Part shown: piece after piece, positions 1-14,200 of the stretch | Numbering within the stretch: position 1 is the first letter of the stretch | Layout: the number at the start of each line of letters is the position of its first letter | Source: Lingula anatina | Taxonomy: Eukaryota; Animalia; Brachiopoda | Direction: 5' to 3' | DNA: 64,000 bases | NCBI GenBank assembly: GCA_051362555.1 | Contig: CM120640.1 | Location: 15,128,001 to 15,192,000, forward strand | Notes under the pieces: generated by a model | Seen by the model: only the letters and a program-made list of their open reading frames with translations | Databases searched by the model: none | Told to the model about the DNA's origin: nothing | Program-made: the position numbers and the translations under genes

Positions 1-2
1 GT

Positions 3-314
3 GGTGGTGGGCGAGGGCGTGGAGAGGGTGGATTTGGAGGAAGGGGGCGCGGTGAAGGTGGATTTGGAAGAGGAGAGGGTGGCTTTGGTAGACCCGATAG
101 TGGTGGATTCGGCAGAGGGGAAGGCGGTTTTGGAAGAGGAGGAGACCGTGGTGGATTTGGTGGCAGAGGCCGCGAAGGTGGATTTGGGCGTGGAGGTAGA
201 GGTGGCCGCGGTGCACGTGATGGCTTCCGTGGAGGTCCAAGAGGCAGGAAGGAAGCTGCTCCAAAGTTTGATGATGAGAATGATTTCCCTGCATTGACTG
301 CAAAGGGGTCGTAA
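3..314 (+). CDS. SERBP1: SERBP1/HABP4 (PAI-RBP1, vig-like) RNA-binding protein, 3' coding end (partial)
   Basis: Frame +3 reads GGGRGRGEGGFGGRGRGEGGFG...RGGPRGRKEAAPKFDDENDFPALTAKGS*. An RGG box followed by APxxDDxxxFPAL is the typical SERBP1/HABP4 C-terminus. The ORF-track call 1..297 is the wrong frame. Confidence 0.85.
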   Translation, partial: GGGRGRGEGGFGGRGRGEGGFGRGEGGFGRPDSGGFGRGEGGFGRGGDRGGFGGRGREGGFGRGGRGGRGARDGFRGGPRGRKEAAPKFDDENDFPALTAKGS

Positions 315-956
315 CTCTTAATGGGGAAGTGCACAACGCACACATTTTGGTGTGAAGACTTTCACACAGGGTCGTCTTGAACTGTGGACGAGGGCAGGTG
401 ACCTACAACACATTGTAGACCGACTTGTTTTTGATTTGTGTATTATTGACATGCCACTTCCACTATAAGACATTGATGTATGGACTTAACTATGTCATCC
501 AAGTATGGAAGTGGGTTTGTACAATTCATTCATGGTAAGCTGTACAGAACTGGATAAGCAGTTGTATATTAAAGAGATTTATCAGGCTTATATAGGGATT
601 TCAACGGGAACTATTGTTAATGTTTATTTATTGTAAACATCATTTGCGCCAATATAAAGGATCTCGGAATCCTTTTTTTGAGTATCACAAGCTCGAATGC
701 CTATGGCACTACTGTTATTGCATGTAGTAATGCAGGACATTGTGAATTTGAGATAAGGGTGCTTTCTCAAATCTTATTTTATTTTCTTTTTTTTCTACAA
801 GGTAGATACTCCATTTGTATCGTATATGACCTTATGATCCAACTGCTGTACAGCTAAATCGTCAATATACAAAGGTCTTAAATAGTTGATAGTGTGACAA
901 ATTTATTGTATCAGTCTTATTTGTTTGTTATAAATTGCAAAAGAAAAAAATATTAA

Positions 957-962
957 AATAAA
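957..962 (+). terminator. Candidate polyadenylation signal of SERBP1
   Basis: AATAAA followed by a T/GT-rich downstream tract (about 981-1015). Confidence 0.5.
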
Positions 963-1204
963 AAGATGTACCCCTTAACAATTTTTGTTGGATGTTTGAT
1001 TTTTGGATTATTTGACTTGACGGTAATGCATTTTTGTGAAGGGCAATTCTTAAAACGGCAACCTTACCCTACTGAGAAACGAATTAAATCAATTCGTACA
1101 TATAAGTGGAAAAGCACAATGAATAAAGTTTTATGTTTAGGCCATGTATTTAAGTCAAATGCTTTCTCTAATGTAAAGTGAAGGGAAAGAAATTGTAATT
1201 GAAC

Positions 1205-1345
1205 TAAATGTTAAACATCAAAAGATAAAAATGTCTTAAATGACCAACAATGTAATCCTTAAAATGTTAACACTTAAATGTTAAACATCAAAAGATAAAA
1301 ATGTCTTAAATGACCAACAATGTAATCCTTATAAATGTTAACACT
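1205..1345. repeat. About 70-bp tandem duplication (2 copies)
   Basis: TAAATGTTAAACATCAAAAGATAAAAATGTCTTAAATGACCAACAATGTAATCCTT... repeated head-to-tail. Confidence 0.85.
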
Positions 1346-1621
1346 AAGTGTTGACTGTAATATAAGTTCAATATAAACAAGAATAAGCAATGCTATGTAC
1401 AAAACTTAAAAAGTGTAAATACATAGCTTATAAAACAAATAATCTATTTTAACAAATTGGTGATTCAGTTTTCTTTATCAATATCAAAGAACTGTAGGTT
1501 CTTGTCTTGAATATGGCTTTCATAATGTGTAAAGTATGTTTAATGTCAACCAAAGGAGTGTCCTCAACGCATGATAGAAATGCCCCTTCAGAAGAAAGTT
1601 TGAAATTCAAGTGGCTTCATT

Positions 1622-2232
1622 TCACTGAAGGCAAAGAGTACGAGCATCTAGTAAATCCAAATGCTTCTTTTCAAAGAATTTTGGTGCAATTTTATGCCTG
1701 TAATAAAAAAAGGTCAATATATGTTAAAAATAGTTCTGTTTATTGCATCTCTTCTAAATAAAAGCATAATTGGATAATACTTACCAAAGCCAATGACATC
1801 TAAAATTCTTGGCAATGTGTTTATTTGAAACACTTTTGTAAAGAAATTTATAAAATGTACAAGAAAATGCTTTTTGTACCTTATGGGAATCAGAAGCACG
1901 AGGATTGCTGGAAATGCTGGCTTCATTAATTTGTGAGGGGCAAATCCAAATGTACACAAAACAATCAGCTGTATTAGTTGAGCCAAGGTGAATAACAACA
2001 CTGTTTTGAGTGGTATATTTCTTATATAATGATTGGGATGATAAGCAGCCTGAAATAACAAAAACACTAATAACTAGAGGATCAATGAGGCAATACCACC
2101 TCCGGATATAGTACCACCAGCTGGAGTAAGCGCATTCGTATGGAAACCCCCCCCCCCAAAAAAAAGGTACACTGCCACCAGTCTTGTGCTTGACAAGCTC
2201 TATAAAATGCAATCAACAAGTTCTGGAAATAT

Positions 2233-2269
<37 letters not shown>

Positions 2270-5200
2270 TATATGTGAATGGTACAATCAAGCAGATTTT
2301 CTAATTGACCTGCATTTTCCTAACATTGATCACTCCTGAGATTCTCTAGACAATAGGCCTCTTGGTTTTCCTTGAAATGTGTTGTCAGTGTTGCATATGT
2401 GCTGACAAAAGAGAAAACCTAGGGGCAACACCGGGCACATCTCTGCTAGTTTTGAAGATTATGAGGGGCAAGAAAATATGCAAAGCTCAGTTTATGGTGA
2501 AAAAGTAGGTCAAAGGTGAATTTCAATATCACAGTATTTGAATTTCTATTCAAGTTCAATAGTAACCATGGGCACTTCTTTGCCAATTTGGAGATTTAAA
2601 GGCCAGAAAACATGCAAAAAGCAGTTCATCATAAAAAGTAGGTCAATTTCAAGGTCACAGTTAGATTGCCAATGTATGACTTCCGGTTCAAGTTAAACAG
2701 CAACTTTGGGTGTATCTCTACCGATTTTTGAGATATAAGGGAAAGAAAATTTGCAAATTTGCTGAAAATTAGGTCAAAGGTTAATTTCAGGGTCACAGTT
2801 AGATTGCCAGTATATGACTTCCTATTCATGTTCAATACTAACTATGGGAGTATCTTTGCCAGTTTTTGAGATATAAAGATCAGAAAATATGCAAAGTGCA
2901 GTTTATCATGAAAAGTAGGTCAACGGTCAATTTCCAGGTCACATATTACCAGTATATGATTTCCTATTTAACTTCAATGGTAACTATGGACCTATGTCTG
3001 CCAGTTATGGAAATAAAAGGGAAGGAAAATTTGCAAAGTTCAGTTCATGGTGAAAATAAGGTCAAAGGTCAATTTAAAGGTCACATTTAAATTGCCAGTA
3101 CTGTATATGACTTCCTATTCAAGTTCAATAGTAAGTTAGTAACTATGGACCTATCTCTGCCAATTAGGAGATAAAAGGGAACGAAAATTTGCAAAGTTCA
3201 GTTCATGGTGAAAAAGTAGGTCAAAGGTTAATTTTAAGGTCACAGTAAAATTGCCTCTAATGACTTCCTGTTCAAATTCAATAGTAACTATGGTCCTATC
3301 TCTGCCAGTTTTGGAGATATAAGGGACTAAATGTTACAATTTTGGAGTTACAATAATGTACCATAAATTTCCTACAAAAGAAATTAATTGAAATAAAAGA
3401 AAAGTTCATTTTGGTTGAAATTCTTGCAATGGGAGGTGCTCAGAAGTTCCAGATGTTCAAATTTCATGAAATAATGTCATTTTTGACCAGAAGTCATCTG
3501 CCTCGCCAAGCCTTATATTTTATTTTCCAGAGGTTCAAAATTTATTATACATTACCGTATTGCACATTTTGCTTTCACCACCACAATGTACTTTTTGATA
3601 CAGCATAACTCGTAAACCATATGAAAATAAAAAAAAAACGGAGACCACCCCAGTGTTGGGCTTTACATGCTCTACAAAATGCAAAAAAGAATAGGCCTCT
3701 AGCATTAACAGTTCCCGAATTAGAGACAGTTTTCAGTTTTGGTATCTTATGGCCCCTACTCCCATGAAAATGCACCAATTGACCCCAAACTCACAGAGAT
3801 GAAAGATGACCCGAAGGGTAACACCTGCCAATAATATTATAGGTTAGGTCTGTGTAGTTTCTGAATATTAGCACAAATAATTTTTTTTCGTAAAAATTTT
3901 AGTTTTTTTTAAAAATATTTTGGCCAGTATATGACCTTGAAATAAAGGACAAAGGTCAAATCCAAGGGCATATTTGAAATCTCCACATATGACTTTCGGT
4001 CAGCCATCTATAGAAATTTTTCCCATAATTCCTTCCGTAGGGTAGATAATTAGCATTTAATTTTGCCAATTATGGACAAGGGTGCATTGCAATGAGCGCC
4101 ACACCTAGACCCCAGCACCGACAAAGCCCAAAAGAGCGAGTTGAGATAATAGGTGACCTAAATCAAAGAGATGGGTACACAGGCCCTTGTAGTCTAGGAG
4201 GAGAAGCGATTATGGTAACATGGCGACGGAGCAGGCGGAACCGGCGGAGCAGGCAGAATGATCCGGACAGGAATAAAACCATGCTTACCGCCAGCGCCTA
4301 CACTGGTGGTACAATAAACGGGTATCAAAGTATATAAGTTCAATTATTTGCAAGTAAGCCTTGTCTTATATTTATAGTTCTGCACAATGTCTTAAAGATG
4401 TCAATCAAAGATAGAACTTGGGTTATTAAACAGAATTTTAGGGACCATTCCCAGAGCCTATAGTAACTTTGGATTTATCTCCAAGGGTATTCTCACTAAA
4501 TTGCTATCAACTTAAATGGGCATACAAAGCGGTTTTAGTTGGAAATTATTCACAAAAAAACAGCACTTCAACAGCATCAAACACTCCAAATAAACAAGAT
4601 TATTACAAATTTAACATCTAACACATGTCCAGTATGTAGAAATAAAGAACTAAAAATCGCATTTACATCCCACGATTGTAACATACCTTGCATGTCACGT
4701 GACTCAGATACTAGCATATTAATGAACGGGTGGGAAGATGTGTGACAAAACTGCTCAACCTACTTTCGGTGAAGGCCGAGTTAGCAGGGTTACCACATGA
4801 CTGCCATAACTTAACTACGGTAAAGTCTTGAAAATTTCGTCGTTCTTGAAAATTTTGTCGGCAGGCAATTTTCGGCCGACATATTTTTTTTCACTTTGAA
4901 AATTTCGTTGAACCTGAAAATGAGCCTATTAATATTTGAAAAGTTCATCACCTAATATGGCCGCGTTGTAAAGCTCAAACATGAAGTTAATGCTTCAGTT
5001 GATTCAAGACAATAATACGCTCAGGATATCATTGACGGTAACACTCTCAATGGGAGATAGGAACAATAGTGCGCCCATGCGAGCGGCTACTCACAACATA
5101 GTAGTTTACGTGTGAATTTCCGTTCTCAAATGCGGGAACGTCGGCTTTTTGTCTTTAGTGTCATTACTATAACCTGGCTCAGTGCGTTATCAAGCCGGTA

Positions 5201-8200
5201 AATAGAAGTCACAGGCCGCGGCTCTGTCATGGGTAAGGCCGTTAATGTTATCAGCGGCTGTCTTACATGAGGAAGACAGAATGAAAAAATCAAGATATTA
5301 TCTCGAAGGGAAATTTACCCGTCACTTCTATTCATGTCCATTGTGCAATTTAGGACTATTTAACGAATACTTGGCTCGTACATGGAGGTCGTTCGCAATG
5401 CGAATGGGACGAGATGGCAATTTTCATATCTTCAGCGGAGAATTGTTCGCGTAATATCGTCAACAGATCGTTTGCGATCCAAACGAGACGAGAAGATAAT
5501 TTTCATATTTGTAGCCGTATCCGTTCGCGTAAGATCATCAGTAGGAGGTTGTTGAAATGCAATTTTCTTATTAGTTCAAGGGATTTAAGGAACTTCGTTC
5601 GCAGAAGATAGTCAGCGGGAGATCATTATTTAAACCCCCCCCACACACACACACACTTTGGATTTTTTCAATTCATTTTCATTTTATCTTTAATCCCCCC
5701 ACTCCCGGTATATATTCGGCGGAGAATCGTTCGCGTAATATCCTCAGGACTTTGTTCGCGTAAGATCGTCATAGAGAGATCGTTCTCAATCCTAACTAGA
5801 CGAAAAGGCAATTTTCATATCTTCATCGGGAGATTGTTTGCGATGTAAGAAATAATAAAATGCAGTTTTCATATTATCTTTAACCCCCCCCCACTCTCGG
5901 CACTTGGAAAAGTTGGACTCCCTGTAAATTTTTAGGAAATTACAGATGGTTATTTTAGAAGGCCTGACACTCAATCATGGGAAAAGCCCTGCATGCAACA
6001 AACGTTGCCAAGTGCAAATATGTCGCGTCAAGTTTATGATGCAAGGTTGCAATTAGGCTTATCTTGATCCCTCTCCTCTATCAGGAGGTATGTTTCTTAC
6101 CGAAAAGATAATTCTAAACATATTTACGGGTACAGCTGTAAGTTAAATATAACTTAATCAAAATGCACTAATAAATAGATTATTATTTACCACCAGAAAA
6201 TGACTTAGGAAGTAGTAATAAATATCCCACAATATAGGAGGGTCAAAGATAACAGCCGCTAAGGATAAAAGCCCAAAGGCCGGATTTTTGAAAATTTCAT
6301 CATACCCAGGAGTCGGGGAGAGGTAATTTTGAAAAATTAGTCGGATTTACACAATTAAAAATATTAATTAATTTTTAAGCGACGAAATTTTCAAGACTTT
6401 ACCGGAGTCAATGCAGCTGACGATCCCAAGAAAAAACTTTCAAGCACATAAGGAGGATAAGAAGAAGGGATACAACACAAAACTTGCACGAATAAAAGTG
6501 GGGTTATAATAGAGAGGGCAATGGCATGTCAACAGAGGTAAATAATACGTTTAACATTCAGAGACCTTGCACTTAGACAATGTCGAATGATGCAATTGCC
6601 ACACTGGAAGCTCTGATAGTATTAGTAGTAAAAGGTGCGCGTGCAGTGAATAAATTGTGCGTGCGCAAACTGTTTTCGAAGATAGCAGAGCGAATAAACT
6701 GAATACAAAGAACGGACAAAAAAAGAAGTTGAAATTACGTTTTGACACATAATATACACATCTAATGGTGATGATTATTTAAGAAAAACAATTTTAGACA
6801 TCATTCTTATATCATCTCAACAACTATGATAGCACCCTCCCTCAGTTCGTATGCTTGTCCCTTTAAGTGGCTTAAATGTTTGTCACGCCTACTAAAGCTG
6901 TTAGGGGATAATTAACTACCGGAGGCCAAGCGTGCACAAAGTTAATGAACCTCTAGCTGATTCCGTAGGCGTGACAGACATTTAAGCCCCTTAAGCTAAT
7001 AGAAATTTAGCGTGAATCCCCATGGAGTTAGTTTGATTCTGTTGGATCGATTTAGGCATGGGAACCCAGTCTTATACTGCAAGAAGGAAAGACTAGTGTG
7101 GACTGACATCAGAGCATACCACATCAGTGAATATCAACATCATCCTTTCAAACAGCTGATTTCCAAACAATCCAATAATGGCCAAATACAACAGGAGGCC
7201 ATCCAGCACAGGAGTTGGGATGTAACCCAGTGGGTATGGGACCATGAGTAAGGACAGTCCTATCAGGATGTGACTCAATACTCCATCCAGCCTGGTTTCT
7301 CTCACTCTAATAATGCTGTGAAAAAAAAGGAAATCAAAGTATAATTTTGTATTTTTTACCAGTAAAAATATCCTGCTGTAAAAGAGGAAGAAATGCATCT
7401 TCCTTCATACATATTTATTATCATTAGTCAAAACAATTACTAAATTCTTTTTTATTTTTCAGAGCTAAAACTATAAAGCAAAAAAACTAAGCAACGACTA
7501 CAGTCACTGTGTCAAGTCATGCATGCAGACACCACTTTTTCACTTACTACATACATTTGTGAGATGTGCCCTTGGTCGACTCTTGATTCCACATCTGCAA
7601 GAGCACGAACATGCAGTTGTGATTGTGGAATCGCTCCATGGACCCATGGTAGACCATATACAGAGAGCACAGCATTAATGACACCTAAAACAAACATATC
7701 CCAGTGGTAGGCTGGTCCCTTTTCCAGTCTATAATAATAAGAAGAATAATAATGATAAATAAATACATAACTTTAACTAGACAGCAGAGCTGGCAAATGT
7801 ACAGACATTACAAACAAAAAAAAAAAGCTACTAATTTTGATGCAATGTTACATAACGCTTTAAAACAGCATAATCATTCTTTCCCTCTTATATTGTGTAC
7901 TACAGGTAACATGTACATTGAAAAATAGCAAGTGATTCAATTTTATGGGATATAAAAGTAAAGTAAGTCAGTAGATCGTTTGCGATCAGAGCGAGACGAG
8001 AAGGCAATTTTCATATTTGTTCAAGGGACTTGGTTCACACAAGATTGTCAGCAGAAGATCGTCGGTGATCCGAGCGAGACGAGAAGAACATTTTCATATC
8101 TTTAGCGGGAGATTGTTCACAAAGTAAGCAAGAATAGAATGCAATTTTCATATACATGTATTTCAAGGGACCTCGTTCGCGGAAGATGGTCAGCGGGAGA

Positions 8201-11200
8201 TCATTACCGATTATTTTTACCCCCCCCCCCCCCCTTTTGAATTCTTTTAAACAGGTTATATGTTTTCATTTTATCTTTAACCCCCCCAGGTCACAGCACT
8301 TACAAAAGTTGGACTCCCTGTAATTTTTAGGAAGTTACAGATGGTAATTTTAAAAATCCTGACACCCAATCTTGGGAAAACCCTGCATGCAACAAACATT
8401 GCTATTTAAGTGCGTAATTATGTGAAGTTGCAATTAGGCTTATTTTGACCCCTCTCCTATTTCTGGAGGCATGTTTTTTTACCGAAAAAAAAAAAAATCC
8501 TCAACTTTCTTTTCGGGTAAGTTGATATAATGAAATCGAGATGCACTTATAAACAGATTATCATTTATCATCAGAAAGTTACTTTGGAAGTAGTGATAAA
8601 TATCCCATAATATATGAGGAACAAGAATAAAAGCCGATAAGGATAAAAGCCCGAAGGTAGGAGTTTTGAAAATTTGTCTTGCCCAGGAGTTGGGGAAACT
8701 TAATTTTGAAAAATTCATCAGATATATGCAATTTAAAATATTAATTAATTTTTAAGCGACGAAATTTTCAAGTTTTCAGTTCTATAATTTTGGTGACATG
8801 AATTGAATAAATGATAGCCACTTTATGTGTACCACTTATGATAGTCTTATGGAAACTTACTTGTAGGGAGCACTGTTGACTTCAGCACTGGCCAGGCTCT
8901 GATCCATGAAAAACAGCAGGGATAATGGAAGAGCCAATCCCATTGCAAGAAACACGTTTCCTATGGTTAAAACATTTAGCGGAGCTCCATCCAGACTTAA
9001 ATCATCCTTATACTCAAAGATACCCACTGGAAAAAACAAAAGCAGAAAAGTTCAAATTAAAATATAATTCCATTTATTGTAAACTTGCACTAAGCTTTGG
9101 GTTGGGGGGGGGGGGGGTAGAGAAGAGGAAATTTTAAATTGACTCTGCTTAATTGTCTCAGATAATGCCCAATGGTAACATATAAAGAATTGTAGTCAAT
9201 GGTATTATAATAAATGTAATATTACACAAATTTACATAAAACTTCTAAACTTGGTAAATACTATCTCACTTATAATAGGATTATAAAAAATGCATAACCA
9301 TTACATTTTATTCCCTGGAAAATGTAAGATCCTACAAAGGTCATGAGAAGACATGATATGGGCAAGGCATAATCAGCAAGCAGCTCTCTATTCTTTTCAC
9401 TCAAGAATGGCCTGGATAAAAATAAATTGAATTTATGCACTACAAATATCCAAAATTGGTTGTAATATCTAAATAGATTAAAGAACTGTTTTAAAAATAC
9501 TGTTTTGATAATAATGAAATTATGATTAGGTGTTTAAGATAACAACAAAGGTATAAAGGGATTTATAGTTTACAGCAAACTGAACTCTAAGAGTGATAAT
9601 ATGCATGATTCAGATGTGGTAGATGCTTACAACTCAACTTTGTTATACTAACGTATGGGTAAAATTATACAAGTATGTCCCAACGAGCAGAGTTCCTATG
9701 GCAAGGAGTAAATACAACATGCTGATTTCTCTCTGACATTTGTCAACTCCTGTTAAACTTGACACATTGGAGATATTGACAAGTTCTGTACTCAAGTCAT
9801 CACATGACTTGTAGTAAACATCAAAATCTGTAAAAAGGTGGGGGCTATTAAATAATTTAAAGACAGTATGATAATTTTCAAAATTTAAAAACTTTGATAA
9901 AAGATTTTATATTAGTTAACATCTGTTGCTTAATGCCATTGTGGGTAAAGATATATTACACTACACAATAACTTCAAATGTAAAATTTTATAAGGTTTCA
10001 GCATAACTTTTTTTATAATCAGCTTAATAAGCAAGGCAGCAACCCTGCCAAATGTACAGACAAAAAGCAGTAAATGATGCATAAAACAGGCTACCATCTG
10101 CTATTTTGATGAATACAATTGTGCCCAATAGCAAATCAACACCAAAATTTTAGTTATGCACAACAGGTAACATATGGATGTAGGTAAAATGTCAATGTGT
10201 AACTAGTATAAAGTTTCAGGTCCAAGAAAGTTCAAATTCACACTTTGAAAATGCCAGAATGAGAAAAATAAAAATTTAAAAAAAAGTGCACAAATTCAAG
10301 GAAAAAAAATGATAATCCAATTGAGCTGGTTTTGCCATTCGAGCTGTATTCCTAAGAATCATTCTTGTAAGTTACAACATAATAATTAACACAGTTTTCT
10401 TTCCATAATGTTTATAGTGGCATTACACAAAGTTATTTATTTATTTATTTATTTATTTATTTTTTGGTTATTTCTGAAGCAATATCACATAATGACTAAC
10501 AGCATGACCACCACCAAATTTTAATTATTTACTATAGTCACAACTTGAAAATGCCAACTGTACAGAAATGAGTTTATTTCCATTTTCAAAACTCTTTTTA
10601 CAAAACACAAAGTATAACCAATTTACTATCATTTTCTGAATTTCATGTGATCTACTGAGAAAATTGTTGAAATGGGAAAAATATCAACAGAACAATTTTC
10701 AATGTCCAATTTGCTCCATTCTGAGATTCTGAACATGGTGAAGGACTGAATCTGACAAACTGCAATGATAGGAGATATCTCCATTTTGACACTTTATTTT
10801 AAAGTGCATGATAACAGATTTACAATCATTTTTATAAAATCAACTAACAATATTGTTAAGATGCAGAAAATGTCAAAAGAACACTTTTACGTATCTAACT
10901 GGAGGATCAGAGAGGCAATACTGCCTCCAGGTATTGTACCCCCAGCTGGAGTAAGCACATTCATAAAGAAAAAAGAAGGGACACCACCTCCAGTGTTGTT
11001 CTTGGCAAGCTCTACAAAATGCAGTAAACAGGAGTTCTCAATTTTTTTGTTGAAAATTAAAATATATATACGGTAAAGTCTTGAAAATTTCGTCGTTCTT
11101 GAAAATTTCGTCGACAGACGATTTTCCGCCGACGTAATTTTTTTCCCTTTGAAAACTTCGTCGACCTTGAAAATGAGGTACTCGATAATTTTTGAAAAGT

Positions 11201-14200
11201 TCGTCACCAAATATGGCGGCGTTGTCCTGCTCAAACGTGAAGGTAATGCATCAGTTGATTCAAGACTGATACGATCAGGATATCATTGCCGATAACACTC
11301 TCAATGGGAGATAGGAACAATAGTGCGCCCCTGCGAGCAGTTACTCACAATATAGATGGTTTAGATGTGAATTCCCGTTCTCAATTGCGGGAACGTCGGC
11401 CTTTTGTCTTTAGTTGCATTACTATTACCTGGCTTAAGGTGCGTTATCAAGCCGGCAAATAGAAGTCACAGGCCGCGTCTTTGTCATTTGTAACGCCGTT
11501 ATTGTTATCGGCGGCTGTCCTAAATGAGGAAGACCGACCCCGACCCCCCCCCCCCCCCACACACACACACACACTTTGGATTTTCATTTGATCTTTGATC
11601 CGCCCCCCCCCCCCCCCTTCCCCCGCTCACGGTATATCTTCGGCGGAGAATCGTTCGCGTAATATCCTCAGGACTTTGTTCGCGTAAGATCATATCAATG
11701 GGAGCTTGACGTAAAGACAATTTTCATATCTTCATCGGGAGATTGTTCGCGATGTAAGCAATAATAAAATGCAGTTTTCATATTAGTTCAAGGAACTTAG
11801 TTTGCGAACGATTGTCAGCGGGAGATCATTATTTAACCCCGCCTCCCCCTTTGAATATTATAAATAATATATATATTTAGTTTTATCTTTAACCCCCCTT
11901 CCCCGCTCACGGCATATCTTCGGCGGAGAATCGTTTGCGTACTATCGTCAGGACTTTGTTCGCGTAAGATCGTCAGAGGGAGATCGTTCGCGATCCGAGC
12001 GAGACGAAAAGGCAATTTTCATATCTTCTTTGGGAGATGGTCCGCGATGTAAGCAAGAATGAAATGCAATTTTCATATTAGTTCAAGGGATTTAGGGAAC
12101 TTCGTTCGCGGAAGATCGTCAGCGGGAGATCGTTCGCGATCCTTGCTAGACGAATAGGCAATTTTCACATCTTCATCGGGAGATTGTTCGCGATGTAAGC
12201 AATAATAATATGCAGTTTTCGTATTAGTTCAAGGAACTTAAATTGCGGAAGATCGTCAACGGGAGATCATTATTTAACTCCCTGTAAATTTTTAGGAAGT
12301 TACAGATGGTATTTTTAGAAGGCCTGACACTCAATCCTGGGAAAAGCCTTGCATGCAACAAACGTTCCCATGTGCGTAATTTTTTTAACGTCCAGCCAGG
12401 TTATGATGCAAGGTTGCAATTAGGCTTATCTTGATCCTTCTCCTCTATCAGGAGGTATGTTTCTTACCGAGAAAATAATTCTCAACATGTTTTCGGGTAC
12501 AGTAAGTTAAATATAACTTAATCGAGATGCACTAATAAATAGATTATTATTTACCACCAGAAAATGACTTAGGAAGTAGTGATAAATATCCCACCATATA
12601 GGAGGGTCAAAGATAACAGTCGCTAAGGAAAAAAGCCCAAAGGCCGGATTTTTGAAAATTTCGTCATACCCAGGAGTCAGTGAGAGGTAATTTTGAAAAA
12701 TTAGTCGGATTTACTCAATTAAAAATATTAATTAATTTTTAAGCGTCGAAATTTTCAAGACTTTACCGTAACTAAATAATGGGGAGAAGTCAAAGGTAAA
12801 ATTCAAGGTGACAAGAAGATTGTCAATATATGAGTTCTTATTCAAGTTCAGTAGTATCTATGGGCATATCTATGCCAGTTTTGGAGATATAAGGGACAGA
12901 AATTTTGCAAAGTTCAGTTCATGATGAAGTGTCAATTTCAAGGTCACAATTTCAAGGTCACAGATTGCCAGTGTATGACTTCCTATTCAAGTTCAATAGC
13001 AAATATGGGCGTATCTCTGACAGTTTTGGAGATATGAGGGACAGAAAAATTGCAAAGTTCAGTTCATGTAAAAAGCAGGTCAAAGGTCAATTTCAAGGTC
13101 ACAGTTAGATTGCCAGTATATGACTTCCTATTCAGGTTCAATAGTTACTATGGGCATATCTCTGCTAATTGAGTTACTGATTAATGAGTACCCAAATGCA
13201 GGGATCGTCCTGGGTCAAAGTGTGGTTGGGCCATTTTGGCCCACTTGGTCAAAAAAAGTTGGCCATTTTTTAAAAAATGTGTGACGTAAATTATTTAGTG
13301 AAAATTATATTTCAATATTTTTATATGATTAAAAACACTGTAAAAGGCACTCTGAAGTCCTAAATAATTGGAGCATGTGGAAAAATCTTCCAAAATTTAT
13401 AATTGTACTGTCCAAAAAATTGTACTGAATGGAAAAATCTTTCAGAACTTATAATTGTACTATGTCGAATAATTGCACTCACTGCATGGAAAAGGTTGAC
13501 AATTCCCACTTTTGTTGTGAAAAAAAAAGCCATTGCTCTGAAAAGAATTCTTCTTTTTAAAAATATTTGCATTCTTTTTTTAACCTGAAAATAATTAAGC
13601 AGTGATCAAAGCTGAGAGAAACCCATCTTATATATATCTATATTTACATAAAATCTAGCAAGCAACTACATAACATTACTAAAATTAGTTGGCATATCTA
13701 TTAATGAATTTACACATTAGGTATTTGTGATTATTACACGATCGACGAGTATAGTTAGATGATCGACGAAAAATAGTGAGAGCATTGGCTTTAATACACC
13801 GTAGACGAGAAATGTTTGACAACTGAATTGACGAAAATAGATGCTGAATTTATGATAGGCTCGTTTAAACTTGAAACTGAATCGATGGGAAGGCAGTGAA
13901 TCGACGAAACATAACTGAATCGTTGACATGAATTTTTGCCCTTTTGGCCGCCCATACGGTATTCTTTATTAGTTGACTTATGAGATTGTAAATATGACTA
14001 AGAAAAAAAAAAAAAAAAGGTTTGTAAAAATTGTCCGTATTTCAGTAAGATTGATCATGTCCACGAGTTTCAAGATAATACGTACGGCTATAGATTTTCC
14101 TTGAAATGTGTTATCACCATCCCATTTCATGCTGATTTTTGAACTTGACCTGCATCTTATGAAAATTCATCAGTTCCATAATATGAAGACAAAAAGTAAA

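Noticed and set aside
1-297. ORF-track Val/Glu-rich 98-aa protein
   Set aside because: It is a shadow frame of the RGG-rich SERBP1 exon in frame +3
1714-1879. Read-through or extra SLC4A11 exon ([14 protein letters not shown], with a GTAAGT donor near 1784)
   Set aside because: No usable AG acceptor in frame; direct splicing 1880>1697 gives the conserved IPIRHK...LDLLD end
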